A stretch of 42,191 nucleotides of DNA from Folioceros fuciformis (GCA_049999805.1 JBNGIO010006255.1:294630-336820); one strand, 5' to 3'. Counted from the first letter of the stretch, positions 23,531-35,686 are shown. Translations and numbers: made by a program. Notes: generated from the sequence alone by a model not told the origin.

Positions 23531-24625
23531 CTACAACTCATTCGCCTTCCGTCGCAGCTCATTCAGCTCCTTGTCAATCTCAAAATCCTTGAAGGGGTAA
23601 GCAGGTCTGCTACTACTGGCAGGAGACCTACCCTCCGGCAGCTCCCCGGAGGACTTGGATGTGCCAAGCACATCCCGCTTCAGAGCCGCGAGGTCATCGT
23701 CCACAGTATCCAATTCAAGCTTGGAGAACTTGCCAGCTAGGTCATCCGTGGTGAGCTGGTCCAAGGAATCGGACTGGGCCTCCAACGCCAGAACCTTCTC
23801 CTCCATCTTCTCGAACGCAGCCAGCGCGCTGCTGGTGTTGACGCTCCCGAGCATCTCGTTCACCTTCTGCGAGGTCTTGGCGGACTGCGCCCTCGCCTTC
23901 AACGTGTCCTTCTTCGACTTAGCTTCCGAAATTTTGCTCTCCAGCAGCCTCGTATTCGCAATGAGCTTCTCCACCGTGCCCTTCTGCTGATCCAGCTGCG
24001 CCTTGAGCCCCTTAGCGCTCTCCTCGTAGTCCTTCCTCCGCTTCAGCGCCTCCCGCGCCAGATCCTCCTCCCCCTTCTCCAGCGCCAACTTTGCTCTCTT
24101 GTACCAGTCCTCCGCCGTCTGCGCGGCCGCCTGGTACTTGTTCTCAAGCAGCTTCTGCGACGCCAGCACCTGCGCCGTGGCCTGCCGCATCTTGGACAGG
24201 TCCTCCTGCATCTCCAGCACCGTCTGGTCCAACAGCTTCTCTGGATCCTCCGCCGCTGTCACCACAGCATTGGCGTACGACCGGATGATCCTCCCAACCC
24301 GCTCGAAAAGGTTCATGCTGGCCCCGAGCGCCCCTCCCCCGCTGCCGCTACCGACCCCCTCCCCGGCCCAGCTTGAAACCGCCACGCCGCCATCCAAGAA
24401 AGCCGAATTCATGCCACATCCCAGGAAGGACGTCCTGAGCGCCGCTCCCCTGGGACCCTGCCAACTCCGGCTGCTTCCCCTGAAGCCTCCGACGGCTCTC
24501 ACAGCCGGCAACCTGGCCGGAGCCGCAGCCCTCGCAGATGAGCAGCTGGCAGACGCGGCCGCCGTTGCTCCGGCCAGACCTGCCATAGCAGGCCTGCTGC
24601 AGGCTCCTACGCACAGCGCATCCAT
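23531..24625 (-). CDS. VIPP1: VIPP1/IM30 (PspA/ESCRT-III-like thylakoid protein), single exon with plastid transit peptide
   Basis: Mature start [61 protein letters not shown] and the VIPP1 C-terminal helix [16 protein letters not shown]. Confidence 0.97.
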   Translation of the reverse strand: MDALCVGACSRPAMAGLAGATAAASASCSSARAAAPARLPAVRAVGGFRGSSRSWQGPRGAALRTSFLGCGMNSAFLDGGVAVSSWAGEGVGSGSGGGALGASMNLFERVGRIIRSYANAVVTAAEDPEKLLDQTVLEMQEDLSKMRQATAQVLASQKLLENKYQAAAQTAEDWYKRAKLALEKGEEDLAREALKRRKDYEESAKGLKAQLDQQKGTVEKLIANTRLLESKISEAKSKKDTLKARAQSAKTSQKVNEMLGSVNTSSALAAFEKMEEKVLALEAQSDSLDQLTTDDLAGKFSKLELDTVDDDLAALKRDVLGTSKSSGELPEGRSPASSSRPAYPFKDFEIDKELNELRRKANEL

Positions 24626-25383
24626 GCCTCTCCCGGGATGCAGATGTGCGCTCCTTCACATTTACAAGCACACCACTCCGCACTCCAGGGTTCCTCCTCT
24701 ATCGCCGCATGTGGTGATAGGCGCAGGCTTATCACCGGCTCTCGCCGGTTGTTCGCATACTAATCCTCCTCACATTATCCTCCCAGCACTCCGTTACCTA
24801 TCCAAGGTGCTGCTGCCCGCCAGCTCCTGCCACTGTTCAATACAATTTCAAGAGAGGAAATGCTCTTGATCCTTTCACCTAAGACGAAGAATTTTCTTCT
24901 GAAGTCCACCACGATGAGTTTCAATAATGTAAATAACAGTTTAACAGTTTGTAAATAAATACATTTTTACTAATAATAAAGTGTTTATAATGTACGAAAA
25001 AGAGCTGAACGTGACCAATTGATGCACACATCAAGAAGTCTTTGGAATACCTATGAAGACACCAGCCCCGTCAACATCTTTGGTTTTTTTTTCTCATTTG
25101 GAGCTTTATATAAATATATCTTGGTATCTCTTACAAATATATATATTATACTCCTCCACATACCCTACCTCGGTATTGTACATAGATTGTATTAGAATTG
25201 CAGATGTGGATCAATAGACCCACATCTTTTTTTTTAGGGTTCCTATTTCTAGGTGAACTTTCTTCACTTCTCCACAGACATATCTTGAAAACTGTCCTAT
25301 TCATACTAGATGAGGTGTCAAGTCGACCATTGCTCTAGAGTTAGTGGTGGGGTGTGGTGTAGGCCTCTTCACTCTTTTGCCTC

Positions 25384-25603
25384 AGGCTGAACTGAAAGTC
25401 TGTGGTCTATGGTGGGAGAGACCCAACAGGCTGAATTGGAAGTCTGTGGTCTATGGTGGGAGAGGCCTAATAGGCTGAACTAGAAGTCTGTAGTCTATGG
25501 TGGGAGAGGCCTAATAGGCTGAACTAGAAGTCTGTAGTCTATGGTGAGAGAGACCCAACAGGCTGAACTGGAAGTCTGTGATCTATGCTGGGAGAGACCC
25601 AAT
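25384..25603. repeat. Minisatellite: 5 x 44-bp tandem repeat
   Basis: Unit aggctgaact(g/a)gaagtctgt(g/a)gtctatggtgggagag(acccaac/gcctaat), starting at 25384, 25428, 25472, 25516 and 25560. Confidence 0.95.
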
Positions 25604-26239
25604 GTCAAGTAAAGTTCTACTATGGTGCATTTGTGAAAAAGTTTTGGTAGTAACTAATAGCATACGAACATTTACTCCCACTAAGTTTAAGCGAAAAAAA
25701 GTGGAAATCAGCTGACTTTCCCAGGCTTGGGCATAACAACCAATGGAATCACTCCTGTCCTTGGGGAAGATAAGGCTACCTAGCTACCTAGAGTGTAGGG
25801 AACCGCCCACATAATAGTATAGATAGAAAGTTGATTAGTCCTACATTTAGGAGCTAATTGCATATGTTGGTTCTCTATCTTAGTCACCAATGCTTTGCTT
25901 TTGTATTCTTCGATACAGCCTCCAGCTGATTTAATTTGAATTCTTTTCTTCGAAAAAAACAAAATAAAAAAACTTCCACACAGATTGATGATAAGAACTG
26001 TCACTCCATGGAACACAACTTTCTCACACACACTACCACCACATGACTTTGGAGTTCAAAAGGTCAGTCTCAAGTATGGAAAAGCTCTTGAAACGAAGAA
26101 CAAAGTTCCATGCAAAGTTTGTGCTACAACATCACAAACGAATAAAGCAAGTAGAAAGGAAGAACCACAAGGCTCCATTAAAGTTGCACCTACAACATAT
26201 TGGTTTAAACAGATAGATAGTTATATGTCTGCTTCTACA

Positions 26240-26900
26240 ACATGACATTTCAAGATCCATACACTTCTTCCTCAAATGCCCAATCTTCCAATTTAAGAGG
26301 ATGATGCCAAGATCCATGCCATCACAAAACAGCCCTAAAAATGAGCAACACCAAGGCTCCATGAAATGTTGGACATATAGTATCCAGTCAACTCGAACAA
26401 CAAACAAGCCATACCAACTGGGGTCCTACATGTTGCAATTGCAAGATCTAGAACAAAATCAATATACTTTGAACAACATGGTCCCCACAACAGTTCTACC
26501 TAAACCATCTTGAACATTGGAAACTACCTATACTCGTGGACAAAGGAGGGGGCCACTCCATAGATGTGCATGAGCATTTGCCTTCTTTGCTCTTTATAGT
26601 AGTATGGGGTCTCCTTCAAAGGCTTCAGGGGGTTTGTGTTTTGTAGCAAATGCCACTAAAAAAGTGTCATAAAAAAATTGGTGACAAGGCGATGATGTAT
26701 GGAATACTCATAAATATAGGAACCGGTATTTTTAACCTAAGGGACATGATCATATCGACAATGTGTGAATATCACAGCATCTTGATCTGGCTATCACCTC
26801 ACAAGGACCTTTTGTTTTTTTCTTTCTTACACACTGTACATCACACACATTTTTTTCTTGACATAATCTCATTACGATCGTTAGAACTCAAGCGCACAAG
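26240..26900 (-). mobile_element. Degenerate transposase remnant, probably MULE/MuDR (SWIM and CCHC zinc fingers)
   Basis: Minus strand ~26405-26455 reads SRSCNCNM*D.. then, after a frameshift, VGMAC, resembling SWIM (rtCsC..wd..G.pC). At ~26260-26295 LNWKIGHLRKKC resembles a decayed CxxCxxxGHxxxxC. Many stop codons. Confidence 0.35.
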
Positions 26901-26945
26901 ATGTGAACCAAGTCACCATGCTTGCTGTCACCTCCTACTAGCGAA

Positions 26946-27055
26946 CCAAGTTCATTTGCCTCAAGGCAACAATCGTAGTAACCCAAGTCCATCTCCCTCA
27001 AGGCAACAATTGTGGTTACCCAAGTTCATCTCCCTCGAGGCAACAATTGGGTTGC
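26946..27055. repeat. 3 x 37-bp tandem repeat
   Basis: ccaagt(t/c)cat..cctc(a/g)aggcaacaat.. units at 26946, 26983 and 27020. Confidence 0.9.
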
Positions 27056-29404
27056 AATATCTTCATCTACAAAAAGGTAGATAGAATGGAATGATATAGT
27101 CTCAATTCCAAGCATCTAAGGGCAATATGATCATGACCCAACAATGGGTTAGTGATAAAATCATAGACTCCATGGGACCTAACTTTAGTGCAGTAGGAAG
27201 AGGAGGCGGCAATGGCAGGAGCACCTTGCAGAAGCTGGTGGATGCAGTCCACGATTTGCATAGTAGCCTAGAGACCTTGGAGGGAATTATGTAGAAGTTG
27301 AGAACAACTATCAAATAAGGTGTGGCAGAAATGGAGTTTGCCAAAGGGGCTGGAGGTATGGAGGGTTAGGTTGGGCAAGGCATAGGTCGTTCTTTATGTG
27401 TAGGTTTTGTTTGCCTGTGTGCATGTGGGTGTTGGGGGAAACTGTTTGTTAGGATTGAGGTTATTATTGAGCTTCATTCAATTGTTTCCCTAAACCTAGA
27501 ACTTCTAGTCATGCTACCTTGGAATTGAATGTCAAGTATGCTAACCTCTGGTTCATGCAAAGCATTCCAAACCCCACATAAAATAGGGATGAATTGATCG
27601 AATTCAAGGTCTATGTGGAGGTTATTGTGTGGATGCCCTACGACATAATGACGGAGCACTAACTACAGGAGAGTACTCTCTTATAGTTACCCTAAACACT
27701 TATAACACTAATATTAAGAGTGTAAGAGGACCTCGTGCTCAGTGTGGATGTGGAAGAGTTTGAATGTGTAGCTCAACAGGAAACACCCCCCTCAACAGGG
27801 TGGGGCATAACCACATAGTTAGAAGCAAAAGCAAGAGTCAGTAATTAAACACTAGACACAGCACTAGGCCTCCAAGTAGCCCGCCCTCCTCTTCTAGGAG
27901 GACTCACAACCAGCACCCTTGCTGCTACTCTTTATTTAAACCATAAGTCAACAAGAACATATAGAGCAGGAGGGCTAGAAAGAACTCCCCATCTTTGCCT
28001 AAGCTAGGAGCTTAGTTCTCCCTTCTCGTGACCTCCTCCTACAGGAGGCTTTGGCTCTGGTGAGGGACTTAGAAGTCTAGGAATGTCAAATATGAAGCCT
28101 CTTTGGGCAAGGTCCATAAGATGGGGATAAAAGATTTGCAAAATAAGTAGGCTATGGTAACACTTTCGATTAACATTGCTGTTGCAGTTAATTTAGGGCC
28201 TCACAATATGAACAATGAGTTGAGAATGTCAGGCAATGTAGGGTCTTCAGTCTTCTTGTAGACTTGGGCTTGTGTTACTTTTGAACCCTGGTTGTGAGAT
28301 TGCAGAAAAAGCCTAAACTCATTCTGTGGTATTTGCCTCTATATTACAATTATCAAGCCCAACACACTTGCTTGTATACTAGAATTTCGAGAACCTTAAA
28401 CCCAAAAAGCTGCAAATCACATGTTGTGAATAGAGGGTGTAGATCAATGGTTGCATATGTGTTATCTAACTCAATAGCGTGCAAACTTATAGAATCAGGG
28501 AAGCCAACATGGTCGCCTATGCATTGTCGTGTGGCTTTCAGCCATGACAACCCTCATAACTCTATCTACCCTAATCAAAATGAATGAAATGGGTAGGTTG
28601 AGCCATCATTTTGGTAGATTCACTTTACTTAGATCAACCCCTAGAAGCTTGAGGCACAAGGCGTGTGTGTAATCTTGCTCATGTAAGCTAGTATTGCCTC
28701 CATATATGTAGTAAGAGATACTTACGTAGATAGCAGTGCATACCCGTTCCTGAACTTTGGTCCCCGCCCTGTGATTGTAGAGAAGGAATGTACAATGTAC
28801 AAAGACTACAAATATGTTTGTGAATTATGACAACCCTAACCATATACGATTTTTCACAAACTGTATGTGATCATATAAACTATCGTATACAACAACCCAC
28901 AAACTTTATATCACTGCTACTTCTTATAGTTTTTATTTTGATTACAATTTTGCTTCTTTAGATACAAAGAAAATATGTATTACTTGGAGCTAGATTCTTG
29001 TTCTAGTAAAGGATATTACAGGTTCTGATATTCATTAATAATACATGTATACTGAAAATAAAATATAAATAAATTATGAAAATTGTATTATATATGAGAT
29101 TGATCATCCGAACTAGCTTTATATCAGCTTTCATTTGGGGGAAGAGAATGACATATAAGATTCTTTGGCACTGACTTCTACGGTTCTTTGGCCGCTCATG
29201 CCGACACTAGATCCTATTGCGTTCAAGTTGGTGCACACAAGAGCGACGCTGTCGGTGACAAGTTCTTCATGGATATAGTGTAACCACATCAAGCCTGCAG
29301 ATCCAGTCGCAGGGGTGTTTGGTAAGTGGGCTTTGCACCATGGACTTGTGTGTCAAGGCCAGGTGAAAGGGAGCTCTACGGTTACTTCCAGAATCAAGAA
29401 GCCG

Positions 29405-29740
29405 CACACTGGCCAATTCTCTCAACTGAGCAACGAGGAGTCCAAGGGGTGGTCTACGAGCAGGATTGACACCTCGCCAATAAACAGGACTCTCTGAGCC
29501 GCAGCATTCCAACGTGCTGGAGACCTGCTTCTTGCATTCGATTGGCGAGACAGTGGGATCATCAACCCGATGAAAGACCAGGGTATTTGCTGCTGGCCCT
29601 TCACCGCATCAGTAGCTCAGTGGATGCAGAGCACAAGCAGACTAGAGGAGGAGAACTCTTCCTCTGAGAGGGAAGTGCTGCCCTGCAACACACTAAACCT
29701 GGACTGCAACACACTAAACTTGGACTGCAACAAGGCGCTT
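29405..29740 (+). pseudogene. Papain-family (C1A) cysteine protease pseudogene fragment
   Basis: GQFSQLSNEES resembles the prodomain NxFxDLTNEEF. An in-frame stop at 29495-29497 is followed by LLLAFDWRDSGIINPMKDQGICCWPF (cf. LPxxFDWRxxGAVTPVKDQGxCGSCWAF) and SEREVLPC..NLDCN (cf. SEQELVDC..GCNGG). Confidence 0.75.
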
Positions 29741-29924
29741 CTGCATAGCAGGACGAGCCCGCAATGCGTGGTGCCTTGGTGAGCCACTCGGTTTACTTCT
29801 ACCTTGAAGGCTCGGGAGGAACGTATCCCCGCAAGCTCGATCACACCATGGGGTAGGAGAAGACGGCACTGACGCAACCAGCGGCGATTTCTGGATTTTC
29901 AAGAACTCTTCGGGCAAAAGCGGA

Positions 29925-30870
29925 GGAGAGGCCGGCTTCATCTGCATGCAGCGATTGCCAAGGCTCGCCGAAGGAAGTGTGGAATAGTGCACGCCTCTCC
30001 GGAATGTGCAGTCTCTTCGATGACGAAAGTTCGTGACACGGGAATCCTCGTCTCTGACACGGAATCTGACAAATCTGAAAGCCGGTGAAGCGACTCGTGA
30101 ACTCCCTTCACATGCCTAGTAACTGCAGGCGTCCTCCAAACGCCCTAACCACTCACTCTCCAAATCTCCTCTTTCCCGCCATGGCCACGCTCCACCGAGC
30201 TCGAGATTTGGTGATCCTGTGCCTTCGCTCGCTCCGGATGCGCGGTGCGGTGGCGCTGCAAGGCTTGGCCACGCTCTTACTTTATCAGCTTCGTCGGCTC
30301 CATCACTTGGGAGATGAGTAAGCTCGGTGGAGGAAGAACGCGTCGAGGCTCGACGTGCACAGAGGAGTGTGAGGGCGCAACCGGGGGAGAGGCCAGCTTC
30401 ATCCGCGCGCAGCGATTGCCAAGCCTCACCGTCGGAACTCGCGTGTGGAATGTACGCCTCTCCGGGATATGCTTTTCTTGAGGGGCCAAATTTTGTGACA
30501 TGTGAATCCTCCATCTCTTTGCTGGAATCGGCAGCCTCTGCCTTCTGGAAGAAGACGGAGCAATTCGTGACCTTGCTTCCCATGTCTAGGAGGTATCATT
30601 GCAAACGTCTCACGATTCACTCGCCAAATCACTGAGGACGCATAGGCCCATATCTCCTCCCTCCCGCCATGGCCGCGCTCCACCGAGATGGAGGATTGGT
30701 GATCCGGTGCTTGCTCTCTCTCCGATCCGCTGGTGCTGCAAGACGTCATGGCATGACATGGGATGGACACGCTCTTCCTTCACCAGCTTCATCGGCTCCA
30801 TCCCGCAGGAGACGATGAGGCTTGGCGAAGGAAGAGCGCGTCGACGCTCGACGTGCACTGAGGAGGATTG
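29925..30870. repeat. Diverged tandem segmental duplication, ~460-490 bp unit
   Basis: gaggcc(g/a)gcttcatc..gcagcgattgccaag at ~29928 and ~30389. ccgccatggcc(a/g)cgctccaccgag..ttggtgatcc at ~30176 and ~30664. ctcgacgtgcac(a/t)gaggag at ~30349 and ~30847. Confidence 0.85.
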
Positions 30871-31220
30871 TGACGATGTAGCCCGCGGAGAGATGCCGAA
30901 GAGTGTGAGAGGGGAAAAGAAATATGTGTCAGAAGACAAAGAGAATCCTGAAATTTCGGCCTACAGACGGGAGTGAGAGATTGTCGAGCCCGTGTCGAGT
31001 GCGTTGGCCTGTTTGCGGCCATCAGCAGATCAACGAGCTCGAGCGAGGTCCGAAGATTTCGAGAGCGTGCCACCGCGCATGTTGTGTTGCGCCTGGTGCA
31101 GGCGGGGCCCGCCTATCAGCCGCTCACTTTGGTCAGAAGGGGCGAGGAGTCGAGTCTGGTGGTCGCGGCGTCACGGCTCCCGCATCAGCGTGGGAGGACT
31201 GGATTGGGACTCTCGGTGCC

Positions 31221-33365
31221 ATGGCAGGTGTTGCCAGATGCCCGTGCGCAGCCTCGTCGTCCTCGCCATCGTCTCCACGGAGCTGGCCTCACTCGCGCCC
31301 ACGAGCTAGTGTGCCGGTATGCCCGTGTGGTGAATGGGTTGAGCTGCCTCTGTGACATCTCGCTGAGCTGAGCTGGGGGGACTGTGCCTAACCCCAGGTG
31401 CAGTCATTTTGCAAGGCCGCTTGCAGGCCTTGTGTGCGGTCGCCTCTCATTGGATTTAGGGTGAGCGATGGCGCCCCTGTTCCTTCTGCTGGGACGCAGT
31501 GTCGGAGGTGAGTGACTGCCGGGATCTGCGTTGTGTGGAGCTGAGGTATTTGTCGGCGTGTTTTGATGAGAAGGTGGCGGTTGCTGTTGCAGGCGGAGTA
31601 CATTTAGGGTGTCAGCGAGCCAGGGGGCTGAGAAGTCGTTTAAGACCACGGTGGAGTTAGACAAGCTGATTGATACTTTGCGGGGAACCGAGTCGACTGA
31701 GGTTTGGCCATGCTTGCTGTTGCTCCTGGGCTTGATAGGAGGTTCTGTTTGTCGAAATTAGTTGCGGCAGAGGGATGTGCACGTTTTGATTCTTTTGTTG
31801 TTTCTATTCAGCTTCCGAAGGTGGTTTTGGAAAATGTAATGTCGTTTGACTCACCGTTTTGGCTGCGCCTGGCAACCAGAGCCGACATGTGCAAATCAGT
31901 AGATGATGCAGTAAGGCGGCTGGGTTCCACCGTTATAATATTATTCCATTTTTGACCTGTGTTGTTGAGTGCTATGTGTTGTTATTGTGACTTATCTAAG
32001 ATTGTGTGGCATTTTCTCCTGCTGGAAAGGAGAAGTGCGCTTGTTAACCTGTCAATCTAATTACAGGGTAGACTCATACCACAGACTGTGTCGTGTTGCA
32101 GAAAGATTATGAAGATCTTGCGTTCACAATAATGAACATTGTTGAAAAGATCGTGAAAAAGACTCAGGTAGGAAGGCTTGGAAGGGTTGCAGTGTTTTCG
32201 GACGACGCTATGTCTCTTGTCTCCATGGTCGAGTCGGTTGTCTCGGACGCCAACGCGTTCTCCTACCGCTTTGGTGGACTTGTTGAAATATCTTCGGTGT
32301 CCTTCTATATCAGGAGAAAATCGAGTCTTCAACAGACGTCTTGAAATCCTTGTTGACGCCAATAGTCGAAGCAAGCGGAGAAATATTGTGGCCCCCTCGG
32401 GACCCACAGAGCTTAGTTGCTATGCGAAAGGTTAGGCCTTCTTTTTGCAATGGCCGTGATGATTTGTCCTCATAGTTACTCCAAGAGTGTCAAACTTATC
32501 ATGAGAGTGCGATACCCGTCAGAATCATGAGTCTCTCGTTTGTTTTTGGTACAAGGGTGTGGATCCTAACATGATCTCTGTAGGCAGGAGATTCAACTAA
32601 GGGAGCAGGGAAGCTTCTTGGATGAGAGCTTTCTGTCTGAGGTGAATGCTCAGATGCGCCAGGTGAGCTCGGGACCTCTTCTTAATGGCCCTACTTCACT
32701 CTTTTTTGACGGATTTTGTGAACTCACAATCACCGCTCACAGGCAAAAGAAGACGGTGACAAGCCTGGACTTGTCGCCATCCTGCAGAAGGTTTTGCAGT
32801 ACTATGCGTCTGCAGTGCTTTCAAACAGAAGCTATGCTGTCAAAGGTCAATTTGTTCCCGTCCATCTTCATGAGGGTGATTTTATTCCTAGCTCGTTGAC
32901 TTACTATTTCTGGGTTTCTTGCAGATGGTCAGGTGGACAAAGCCGAAGAATTGTTAGAGTCCGTGCTATCAGGTTGTTACTCCTGTTTAGCATATCGTGT
33001 CCCCATTAGCTTGTTAACATGGGCATGTAGAATTGACACAACTCTCACTGTAGCTGATGAGGACAACTGGGAGTCTTTACTGAGAAGTGGGCTCGACTAT
33101 GGTGGCGGGGAAGTGGCGGCTGGTGATCTTGTCAAGGTCATCGAGAAACGAGTGGAGCGTACTTTAATGAGAACGGTAAATTTCTCGTACCTTATACTCC
33201 CGGTGGGTAGGCATTCTTGTGTGGTGGTATTGACACTTGACACGTGGCGACCTTTTGGTCCAGGAAAATGGCACGTACCAGCAAAGAGTGCTGGTGGAGT
33301 ACATTCGAGAGGTAGAAAATAGGGCACAATCCCTTGCAGATGCCTGTAAGAAAGGTTCTGCATAA
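31221..33365 (+). CDS. PRDA1: PEP-RELATED DEVELOPMENT ARRESTED 1-like plastid protein, multi-exon
   Basis: Spliced product ..FWLRLATRADMCKSVDDA|KDYEDLA..EKIESSTDVLK..WPPRDPQSL..FLSEVNAQMRQ|AKEDGDKPGL..LQKVLQYYAS..RSYAVK..KRVERTLMRT|ENGTYQQRVLVEY. Stop at 33363-33365. Start is tentative and the symbol is from recall. Confidence 0.75.
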
Positions 33366-33533
33366 TCTAAGAGATGATCTGCAACATGGTCAATTTTTGA
33401 ATAGCGCAGCTGAATTGAAGGTCGCTGTACTCGCCCAATTGGGTCATTGAGGACATAATCACAGCCCGAAAATGCCTCGAACTATCTTGTTCAATGGACA
33501 AATCTAGGTATTCAGAAATCAGCCAGGTACCTG

Positions 33534-34334
33534 TCACGACTGTTCAGGCAGTGCTGTTAGCAATTTAATCTCAGCTTCATTCAATGCCCTGAGTAGATGA
33601 GAAACTCTGTAATGTAGCTTCATGTTCTCCCTCTCCAGCTTCTCTTGATCCTTTTGAGCCTGTAAGAGAAACTCCGTCAGCCTGTAACCTGAAGCATTCA
33701 CGAAGTTCATTCGAATACAAATCACGAAGCTGTTGATTACCTTAACCCTTTCCGCTGCCTGCTCCGCCTTGATCCTCTCCATTTTCTTCTTGAGCTCCTT
33801 CAACGACTCAACCACAGCATCTGGATTGCCCCTGCTCTGGATTAACCATGCCTCCAGCTTGGCAAGGTTCTCCTGCGCAAACCAGCATAATAAGCTCCAA
33901 AATAAGCCATCATGTCTTCCTCGCTGGAATCCGCGAAAGAAATCTGGAGCCTCGGCGGCGAAAGTCACTGTCCGAGTTCCTAAAAGGGATGGGGAGATAG
34001 ACACACACTGAGATTAGGTCACCAAGCTATGAGAGACCTCACACGCACTAACACTAGGTCACCAAGCCATGCGAGATCTCACACGCACAGAGACAAGGTC
34101 GCCAAGCTATGCGACACCTCACACACGGACATTAGGTCACCAAACTTTGTGAGACCTCTCCACTGTCAAGAAACGAGCCAAGACAAGGCGAGAGGCCCTC
34201 TCAGAGGGAATTTCCAAAGCAACTCAGAGGATAAACAGAACCCAGACACTAACCTCCGCCTTGTCGGCGCGAGCATGGAAGGGCTTCAAGAGCTCGGCCA
34301 TGGTCTCCTCCTTGGGCTGCTTGGGCTTCACCAT
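33534..34334 (-). CDS. Small coiled-coil protein of unknown function (~110 aa, 3 exons)
   Basis: MVKPKQPKEETMAELLKPFHARADKAE|ENLAKLEAWL...|AQKDQEKLERENMKLHYRVSHLLRAL, joined by GT-AG introns, with a heptad pattern. Confidence 0.75.
34003..34160. repeat. Intronic ~40-bp tandem repeat, 4 copies
   Basis: aggtcaccaagctatg(a/c)gagacctcacac.. units at 34016, 34056, 34096 and 34134. Confidence 0.88.
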
Positions 34335-34784
34335 GGCTGCGGATCTGCTTCCCAGACCACGAGATCTCAGCAGAAGCGTAGCCTTTACAGACGGCTCAGG
34401 TGTTTCTTGACACACTGACCTGCGCGATCAATCTCTGTCACTGCACTTGACTTTTCTTGCTGATTCTTTCAGTATCGGCAGCTAGTCCTCGTAGACAGAA
34501 AGAGACGTACCACTGGGCGTAAGTGGCAAAAACGGCGTCCTGGTAATGCAATGCATGCACCATCTTTATACTTCTTGCCGTCAGGGTAACGTAAGTGTCT
34601 TGCGGCGAAACGGTTTCGCCCGATTCCCCTGCACGCTTGCGTCTCCTTTCGCGGACCTGAAGGTCACAGAACACAGGCGTCTGCCGATTCATTAAGAGCT
34701 GCTGCGCAAGCAGAGCATTCTTCAGCTCCCGGAAATCCGCACCAGGCTCGTTTGGTGATTGTCACAGTGCTGCAGGTAGCGGCC

Positions 34785-35315
34785 ATGGCGATGCAGGCAG
34801 CGATTTGCAGCAAGCCCTGCTCGGGACCCCCAGGGCAGCCGATTCATGTTGCGCGGGCCTCGCGGTTTTTAGGTCCAGCCAGGTGCTGCCTGGGATCGTC
34901 TGCGGGGCTGAAATCAGAGCCCTTGAGATGCAATACACAAGGTGCTGGCTGGCGGAAGAGCGGTAGCAAGGTATGGCGGGTTAGCTGCAGTCTTTCCCCT
35001 GAAGTGAAGGAGTCTGTGGACAAGTTCCTGGCCGACAACAAGGTGGTGGTGTTCATGAAGGGGACCAAACTGTTTCCGCAGTGCGGCTTCTCCAACACCG
35101 TCGTCCAGATCCTCAACTCACTCAACGCCAACTATGAGACCGTGAACATCTTGGAGGACAACGGCTTACGGCAGGCCATGAAGGAGTACTCCAACTGGCC
35201 CACCTTCCCCCAACTCTACATCGATGGGGAGTTCTTTGGTGGCTGTGACATCGCCATTGAGGCTTACCAATCCGGGGAGCTCAAGGAGCTGCTGGAGAAA
35301 GTTTCCGTGTCTTGA
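34785..35315 (+). CDS. GRXS14: Plastid monothiol (CGFS) glutaredoxin, GRXS14-type
   Basis: Transit peptide, then KVVVFMKGTKLFPQCGFSNTVVQIL, KEYSNWPTFPQLYIDGEFFGGCDI and AYQSGEL. The CDS is uninterrupted. Confidence 0.93.
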   Translation: MAMQAAICSKPCSGPPGQPIHVARASRFLGPARCCLGSSAGLKSEPLRCNTQGAGWRKSGSKVWRVSCSLSPEVKESVDKFLADNKVVVFMKGTKLFPQCGFSNTVVQILNSLNANYETVNILEDNGLRQAMKEYSNWPTFPQLYIDGEFFGGCDIAIEAYQSGELKELLEKVSVS

Positions 35316-35686
35316 TGCTTCCACAACCATTTTGTGTGTACACTAAGTCTCCGGCACAGCCACTCTGCTGTTGCTGATCACCTCATTCTGCCGTGTGCAA
35401 AATTCCCATAATCAATTACGGTTCTAAGGATTGGAACCGGTAGGCTCTTGAAACCTTGTGATTGTGTACGAAAGTTTTCCGTGAAGGTAGCATGCAGACT
35501 ACAGCACAGAGCACGAAACACGTACCGGCGTCATCTGAAGCTCCCCTACTAGATCGGTAGGACGAAAGATGGAGGAGCCCTGAGTAATTGTACCTCGAAG
35601 CAGGAAACATAACCCACTTCGGTGTTTTCGAATGGAAGGTGGGCATTCGGGTCGACGAGGAGTTCTTGAGCGGGAGGCCCTGCAGG

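Noticed and set aside
23531..24625. Horizontally acquired bacterial pspA
   Set aside because: It has a plastid transit peptide and a plant-type VIPP1 sequence, including the C-terminal helix.
24099..24869. 256-aa plus-strand ORF
   Set aside because: Shadow frame of the GC-rich VIPP1 CDS.
25384..25603. CRISPR-like array
   Set aside because: Units are contiguous with no unique spacers, there are no cas genes, and the context is eukaryotic. The same applies to the repeats at 26946 and 34003.
13490..35315. Functional cluster of plastid/Fe-S genes (SIRB, VIPP1, PRDA1, GRXS14) or DNA-repair/UV genes (RAD51D, STK19, HY5)
   Set aside because: These are common housekeeping classes interspersed with unrelated genes. 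Nothing suggests more than chance co-location in a compact genome.
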